Shown here piece after piece: positions 8,265-14,222 of a stretch of DNA of 14,222 nt (the first letter of the stretch is position 1; each line of letters opens with the position of its first letter). The stretch is from Azolla caroliniana. Taxonomy: Eukaryota; Plantae; Polypodiophyta. Both the position numbers and the translations under genes were made by a program. The notes beneath the pieces are model-generated. The model was not told where the DNA came from. It did no database searches and was given only the letters and a program-made list of their open reading frames with translations. Location of the stretch: NCBI GenBank assembly GCA_043228905.1, contig JBHGNT010000888.1, forward strand, positions 1-14,222, read 5' to 3'.

Positions 8265-11200
8265 CTACCAATATAAGTAAAAAAAAAAAAAAGTTTGATT
8301 TTAATTCACTTCATCTTATCGTTCATCTTACCAGATCTTAGTGGTTCATCCTCTGCATTTTGAGATGGATTAGAAGGCCAAACATTTTGATTCCTATCTG
8401 GTAGACCACCAACTGACCTCTGGCTAGATGGTATCAACCAATTTACCCAATCATCTCTTTTACGTATTCTGTCTCCCTGCATTAAAAAAGTATATTTTAT
8501 TCATCAATCATGTAAAACATAGAAATTTGAGAAAAGCTGGGAATGAAGCCTTCACCTGAACTTCCAAAACATTTGATGTTCTCAATGCATCCAAAATAAA
8601 ATGTGCATTGGTTGTTATTTTCCGTACCTGACCAGGAAACCAAAATATAACTCAAAATCAATATTCTGAATGGGAACAGAAAAAACTGACAGTTGGCTCA
8701 CCCGGTTAAAACTGGCAATTATAGAAACTGGAACAAAGCCTTGATCATCCATGTTCGACCTAAGATACATATCTCTACATAAATTCTCCACACTGCATTG
8801 CAAACAAAAAAGAAGACACATTGTGATAATCCACATATACATTCATTGAAATCAAATTTATTTGAATTCAGCAACCCTGAAGTGAAACTCAATTTGCTCA
8901 GACAATAAAAGAAATGGCACATTAGAGATTACCCATTCATTCACTCAACCAAAAATTATTCAATTCACCAAACCTGAAGTAATATTCAATTTGCTTAACC
9001 AGTAAACTCTGTAAGGCAGTGGGATCTGGAACTGGACCCTGCATGAACATTCCTACTGGAGGAGGGGCAAAATATGTGGGGCCAAGGAAATGATCTGGAG
9101 GAGGTGGTGCTGGCATGTAATACATACCCCCCGGAACAGCTATAACAGTTAAAAAATCACAATTGAATGAGTCTAGAATCAAATGAAATGTTTCTACCTA
9201 CACTGTTTGGATGGTAATTCTTACTCTGATATCCGACTGCATTGACAAATTGTGGGTTTGGATTCATATAAGGGAAAAAGGGGCGAGGAAGATTCCTAGG
9301 GCCAACCCGGTGTTGCTGAAACGGTATATTTGTTTCTCTTCCATTTGGATATCCTCTCCCATGTGAATTCCATCCATGATTTCCCCTACCTTGATCTCGC
9401 ATGAAATTTCGCCTATTTCCAGGTATATTGTTTGATATGGCATTGGTTGTATTCCCTCTTGAATGTACTCCAATGGTATCACGCATGCCTCTGCTATTCC
9501 TGTCTTCATTATCTGCATCTGGAGAATGGACTGCTGTGCTGGAAGCAGCCTTATATGGTGGGGTGAGAGCTGTCGAGCTGCTAATTCCATTAGACGACAT
9601 ATCATGCTGATTCAATGGTTTGTTTTGTCTTCTTACAGTTGAGAGATTCCCACCATTGCCACTATTCCGTGATGTCGAAGATGCCTGTCAGGATTGAATG
9701 CAGGTCAAAACAGTTACATGAAGTTAGTTATGATTTGACAATAGAAGTCTTAAGAGGTTTGTTCTTAACTGAAGGAGAGGTCCATTACTGATACCTTGGG
9801 TTGGGATGTGCACTATAAACATGTGTATGTGCCACCGCCACTAGATTGGAGGAAAACAAGAAAGAATGGAGAATGTACAAAAAGGTAGCTAGAACTTACA
9901 CATACACACACACACAAACCTTAGCTCTTAACTCTAGTATCTGCACCATAGTAATCTGGAAACGGTCGGGAACAAATCCATCCACATGCATACAGGCCTA
10001 TCTTCAATATTAATTCCTAATTAGCAGCAATGCCTACTGCTCTCACACAGCATGTACGTAGAAATCAGGTAAGTTATCAATGCCTACCAGCATCTACACT
10101 ATTGTTATGCACTAATTCATAATATAGGCATGTATACTCCTAACAGAATAGTTACGTGTTCGCTCCTAACTAGTCAAGCATATTGTCTCAAAAAATAGTT
10201 AATACATATACTCCCAACAAACCAATAATATAGTTATGCATATTCTCATCATGCACAACTTACTGCAGCCTTGTAGGCAATCTCAAAAGCGATGAGAAAA
10301 AATAGCTAAAAGTTCAAAGAGTAGACAACGTGTACCTCATTCATATAATATATGCATGCATTGAATACCTGATAGGATAGATAAGCATAGGCTCAAGAAA
10401 AACATCTATTCGTGTGACACAAAATACAGATGATCCGAAAGCAACAAGAAAAAATTGATTGCAAAATCCACAAAGTGAACAAAGAGAACCTCAAGATTGC
10501 ATATATTCATCCTAATAATATACTTATGCATTAACTCCAAATAACATGTATAGCTATGTATATTGTAATAACAAACAACTTATCGCTGCCTAAAGGGGAT
10601 TCCAAAGAGATGAGAAATTAACTCCTAATGGTGTAGACCCGTAACAAAAGATAGTCATGTATTCGCTCCAAACAATATAATTGTTCGTAAGTTCATAATA
10701 AACCTCTTATCATCGCTGCCTTAAAAGAAATCTGTAGGAAAAAGAGATGAGGCATCATTGCCGAGTCCAAAAAGAAAAAGAAAAAGAATATATCTTAGAC
10801 AGTTGCAAGTGCTCATCAGATAATATGGTCATGCATTGAACACATAATAATTATAGTTATGCATAAGCTAATGATCAGAAATAATATATTCATTCACATG
10901 CCCATAACAAACACCTTATACAGCCTTATAGGCGATGTAAAATCTAATGTAAGATAGCTAATGTTTCCACTCATAACAAATAGCTAGAATTACACATATG
11001 ACCAATAAGATACATGTGTATGCACTCACAACAGATACCATATCACTGATAATACAATCATGCATATGACATCATCACAAGAATTGTATCACCATCTACA
11101 GGCACCAAGGAAAAATTGAGAATGAGTTCAAAAAGTGAACATTATCAAAATGCACTTAGTACCTTATAGAGAAAACATATTACCGATAAGATAGTTATGC

Positions 11201-11277
11201 ATATACTTGCAAGAAATAAATACCTTGTCAAAATTCATATAGCTATATATACATACATACATACATACATACATACA

Positions 11278-11310
<33 letters not shown>

Positions 11311-12208
11311 GCTCATAACAAACTTAACACCACAAATAGGCAATGTGAAAGAGTACCTCATCCAAGTAATACACAATTATGAATTGAATGCCTTGTAAAC
11401 TAGCTACAAATATGCTCAAAAAAACAGCTTATATCACCACCTTAGAGGAAAACACAGAGCATTGAAAGAAAGAAAAAACACAGCTAGTTGTAAAGTAATA
11501 GGATGTGTATGCATATGATCATAACAAACTGTTATCGCTGCCTTATATGGGCAATCTGAAAGAGAAACTGAAAGGATACCGATCCAAAAGAGAAAAATTT
11601 TGATAACAAGAAAGTCCAAGAGGTACCTGGGAATTGCTGTCTTTGAGGGGTGTCTTTTGTTGAGCTGAAGAAGACGTTTTAATGGGTTCAGGTGCTTTCA
11701 CATTGCGGGTCTCAGACAACGCCGGCCAATTAGAGAGAGCACCCATAACAGGGGCAGGTTCACACCCGATCCCACCATCAGAAGAAGAAGAAGAAACAAC
11801 CATAGACTTTCCCCAAACAACCTTTGAAGGTTTACTCTCTGAAGAAAACAGGAAAAGAAGGATTATTTCATTGATTGAAAACCTTTTTTCCTCAATTTTT
11901 ACTCTTATAACTTCTGAGCCATGTTTTATTTATATGGTAGATTTGCATTATATGAAGACAGCCCACGTTTTAATATTGGAAACAAAAAAAAAAAAAAAAA
12001 AATCCTCACCTTTGGATGATGAATCTGCCAAGCTTTGGTGATGATCGGATAGTGGGGGCGGATTTAGACTTGTATTATTATAGCTATGGTTTGTTTCCAA
12101 AAGAGGAGGAAGAGGGTTCGGTTCGTCTCTTCCTTCTTCTGATACAATCTGCTTTAAAGAAGGAGAAGAAGGAGAAGAAGAAGAAGTGTTGGTATGAGGA
12201 GAAGCCAT
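7960..12208 (-). CDS. LARP1: La-related protein 1 family gene (LARP1b/c-like, La motif, no DM15 seen), about 549 aa; join(12208-12010, 11838-11627, 9684-9225, 9139-8974, 8792-8702, 8627-8556, 8476-8332, 8264-7960)
   Basis: Seven GT-AG introns with consistent phases (1,0,1,2,0,0,1) give a 1650-nt open frame. La motif: [47 protein letters not shown]...ILDALRTSNVLEVQGDRIRKRDDWVNW. The N-terminus has the plant LARP1 motif PVMGALSNWPALSE, and an RG-rich and Pro-rich linker precedes the La motif. The 3' end is the least certain part. Confidence 0.9.
8332..8476 (-). CDS. LARP1: LARP1 coding exon 7 (end of La motif)
   Basis: GDRIRKRDDWVNWLIPSS...EPLRS; acceptor ATGCAG and donor G|GTAAGA. Confidence 0.9.
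8556..8627 (-). CDS. LARP1: LARP1 coding exon 6 (La motif)
   Basis: VRKITTNAHFILDALRTSNVLEVQ, 72 nt, phase 0 at both ends. Confidence 0.93.
8702..8792 (-). CDS. LARP1: LARP1 coding exon 5 (La motif)
   Basis: [31 protein letters not shown]; acceptor TGCAG and donor GTGAGC. Confidence 0.95.
8974..9139 (-). CDS. LARP1: LARP1 coding exon 4 (Pro-rich segment and start of La motif)
   Basis: VPGGMYYMPAPPPP...LVKQIEYYF; acceptor TTATAG and donor AG|GTTTGG. Confidence 0.92.
9225..9684 (-). CDS. LARP1: LARP1 coding exon 3
   Basis: Acceptor CTGACAG; in frame with ORF 9157-9615 (RG/N-rich, RVGPRNLPRP); donor AGA|GTAAGA. Confidence 0.85.
10020..11570. repeat. Highly degenerate repeat array within LARP1 intron 2
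   Basis: Recurring (A)TAGTTATGCAT-like units and TATCGCTGCCT-like units, the latter near 10260, 10581, 10712, 10917, 11433 and 11534. Boundaries are approximate. Confidence 0.6.
11250..11305. repeat. (TACA)14 microsatellite in intron 2
   Basis: Perfect tetranucleotide run. Confidence 0.97.
11627..11838 (-). CDS. LARP1: LARP1 coding exon 2
   Basis: Acceptor TTTTCTTCAG; encodes SKPSKVVWGK...PVMGALSNWPALSE...DSNSQ; donor CAG|GTACCT. Confidence 0.88.
12010..12208 (-). CDS. LARP1: LARP1 coding exon 1
   Basis: ATG at 12208 (MASPHTNT...SSK). Donor AAG|GTGAGG followed by a T19 tract. Phase 1. Confidence 0.8.
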
Positions 12209-12370
12209 CAAAAGACAGAGAGAGGGTTTTCTTCTTCTTCTTCTTCTTCTCCTTCTTCTTCTTCCTTTTGCTTCTTCTTTCTTTACCAGAGAGAGAGAAA
12301 GAGAGAAAGAGAGAAAGAGAAGCGTGAAAATGAAGGAGGAGGATGGGTCAAATTTTTGTGTTAAATATGG
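12209..12370 (-). promoter_or_regulatory. Putative LARP1 core promoter and 5' UTR (TATA-like element, pyrimidine patch, GAA repeats)
   Basis: Minus strand has ATATTTAA (12368-12361), then a CT-rich tract (about 12345-12290), then (GAA)n before the ATG. Confidence 0.55.
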
Positions 12371-12513
12371 CCCTCTACACTAGAAAACACAGACTCCTTG
12401 TGTTCTCTGTGTGTTTCTTCTTCTTTCTAGATAGAGATGTGGTAGTGAAAGCTTTTCTCCTCTACACCTCTACTACTAATTAGTGCTTTTGGGAAGTCCG
12501 ATAAACTACTAGT

Positions 12514-12774
12514 GTATGTCCGATACATTCCATTAGTAGTTTGCTCTATCTTCTATCGTGATTGTGTCTACATCACTGTATCTCTCCTTTTGTCGACCAT
12601 GTATGTCTTATGTCTTATGCATTCCACTGATTGTTTGTTTGTTGTATCTCTATCGTGATTGTGTCTGTGTTTAAACATCCAATGGAGAGATGTATGTCTT
12701 ATGCATTCCACTGATAGTTTGTTTGTTGTATCTCTATCGTGATCGTGTCTGTGTTTAAACATCCAATGGAGAGA
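12514..12774. repeat. 84-bp tandem repeat (two near-identical copies at 12609 and 12693, plus a degenerate partial copy from about 12514)
   Basis: TATGTCTTATGCATTCCACTGAT.GTTTGTTTGTTGTATCTCTATCGTGAT.GTGTCTGTGTTTAAACATCCAATGGAGAGA occurs twice. Confidence 0.92.
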
Positions 12775-13027
12775 CTCAATGTGACCAAAGCGCGAGAGAC
12801 TAATGTGTACAATCGACGAAATAGACATCCAACAAGAATTGAATGTGGTCATGGATAGAGACTGACAGATATATCAACATCTACGAGAGTCTAAATAGCA
12901 ACAAAGGGAGATGTATAAGATGATGATGATGACAATGTTTTTTTATTGCCCTTGAAATGCTAGAAACATGAAACAAGACTTGAACCATTTATAATCGATT
13001 TGCAAAGTTAGCTTCCTTACGTTGCTT

Positions 13028-13032
<5 letters not shown>

Positions 13033-13066
<34 letters not shown>

Positions 13067-13076
13067 ATATATATAT

Positions 13077-13116
<40 letters not shown>
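13033..13116. repeat. Compound microsatellite (GT)15-ATGT-(AT)5-(AC)5-(AG)15
   Basis: Read directly from the sequence; it abuts the LINE segment at 13117. Confidence 0.96.
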
Positions 13117-13118
<2 letters not shown>

Positions 13119-13640
13119 ACTACTAGTTGCCCTCCAGACGGAATGTGTAGACCCACAATGTCACCATTTGTTGCAAGCTTTGATAGCATCACTAACAAGG
13201 GATGACTAACAATAGCAAACAACAATGGGCTAAGAGGGCATCCTTGATGAACGAATCTTGTGAGAGCGATATCTGATGTAACTCCCCCATTAAGCATTAA
13301 TTGAGACACTGCATCTTGTCCTAATAAAAATATGAGGCAAGACATACGATGTCTAAAGCCCATTGTATGCATTAGCCGGGAAACAAAGGACTAATTCACA
13401 TGATCATAAGCTTTCTCCAAATCTAATTGCACCATAATCAATTCTTGATGACTGTTTCGAGCATAATCCATGCCCATTTGAACATTCAACACATTATGCA
13501 ATATATTCCTACTTGCAATAAAACCATATATGGGCGGGATGTATCAACTTTGGCAAATACTTTTGTAATCTATTTGCCAAGACCTTTGTAAATATCTTAT
13601 ACAACTCCCCCATCAAAGAAATAGGTCTCCATTGATGAAA
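13117..13640 (-). mobile_element. L1-clade LINE RT N-terminal segment (inverted), pseudogenised
   Basis: QWRPISLMGELYKIFTKVLANRLQKYLPKLIHP, YGFIASRNILHNV, LDLEKAYDHVN*, QGCPLSPLLF and GLHIPSGGQLVV; ends just before the expected ADD catalytic motif. Confidence 0.93.
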
Positions 13641-13645
13641 TGACT

Positions 13646-14222
13646 CTAAAAGCCTCACGAGAGAATCTTGAGAAGGGGATGCTTGTATGGAACCAATTTG
13701 CATTGGTTTCCAGATTACATATTAATTGGAGGAAGTCTAGTCTCATATCATGTATTGAACGGGATTTTGAATGTTTAGGATGACAAGGATCCATGGTGAA
13801 GAAAGGCTATATTTTTCGACACTTGGGCTATCCAGTAGGAATGAATGTTACAAATGGCCAATTGATTGAATGAACGTCTAGTAAGTTGAGGGATAAGTTC
13901 ATGTATTGGAAGTCACAATCTTGGCCATTTTATGTACGCTTGAAGGTTGTACGATGTATTATGGAACCCATGATATTATATGACTTGCCATTGTTGCCAT
14001 GGACAAAGAAGGATTTGCATTCAATTTTGCAACCTCTTCGATATTTGTTGTGGAAGAAGAGCGATAAGATGGGAATCACTTGGGTTGTGTGGAATCATCT
14101 AGTAACCCCTAAGCGCTTGGGGGGAGTTAGAATATTGAACTTATCTATGCATATGATGGCTCGTAGAATTTTCGTTATTACAAGACATGTGTTCAAACTC
14201 ACAACCATGGATATCTATTGTT
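13646..14222 (+). mobile_element. L1-clade LINE RT C-terminal segment (forward), pseudogenised; runs off the right window edge
   Basis: One reading frame with two TGA stops: LKASRENL, LHINWRKS, FRHLGYPVG, WPFYVRLKVVRCIM, LLWKK and WVVWNHLVTPKRLGGVRILNL. These are post-ADD L1 motifs. Confidence 0.9.

Noticed and set aside
8719-8922. Alternative-frame ORFs over LARP1 exons (also 9264-9605, 9401-9610, 8159-8341)
   Set aside because: They overlap the phase-consistent LARP1 model in other frames or on the other strand and have no motifs.
11164-11382. ORFs with VCMY and HTYI repeats
   Set aside because: These are translations of the (TACA)n microsatellite.
11682-12327. Plus-strand ORFs 11682-12041 and 12016-12327
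   Set aside because: Antisense to LARP1 exons 1-2 and the UTR; made of simple-repeat translations.
12378-12514. Possible CACTA element termini (CACTAG... and ...CTAGTG)
   Set aside because: The inverted match does not extend beyond about 6 bp, and no TSD or transposase is evident.
12568-12852. 94-aa ORF with a repeated peptide, or a CRISPR-like reading of the 84-bp repeats
   Set aside because: A plain tandem duplication with no unique spacers and no cas genes, in eukaryotic context.

Overview
Eukaryotic land-plant genomic DNA, possibly from a non-seed plant such as a fern (low-confidence inference). The core is an intact-looking 8-exon La-related protein 1 (LARP1) gene on the minus strand (12208->7960, about 549 aa). 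It has a La motif and no visible DM15 domain, so it resembles LARP1b/c. Decayed retroelements flank it. On the left are a Ty1/copia element (5' LTR 2060-2523, tRNA-iMet PBS, gag/protease deleted, degenerate integrase and RT), a non-L1-looking LINE remnant (2728-4405) and a short copia RNase H fragment. On the right is an L1-type LINE whose 5' RT part is inverted relative to its 3' part, with the catalytic ADD motif lost at the break; this is the geometry of twin-priming 5' inversion and the most notable observation here. Tandem duplications, microsatellites, a degenerate repeat array in LARP1 intron 2 and a cluster of orphan micro-exon-like segments downstream of LARP1 are also present. I see no convincing evidence of a wholly new biological system. 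All calls come from manual translation and motif recognition, without database searches.
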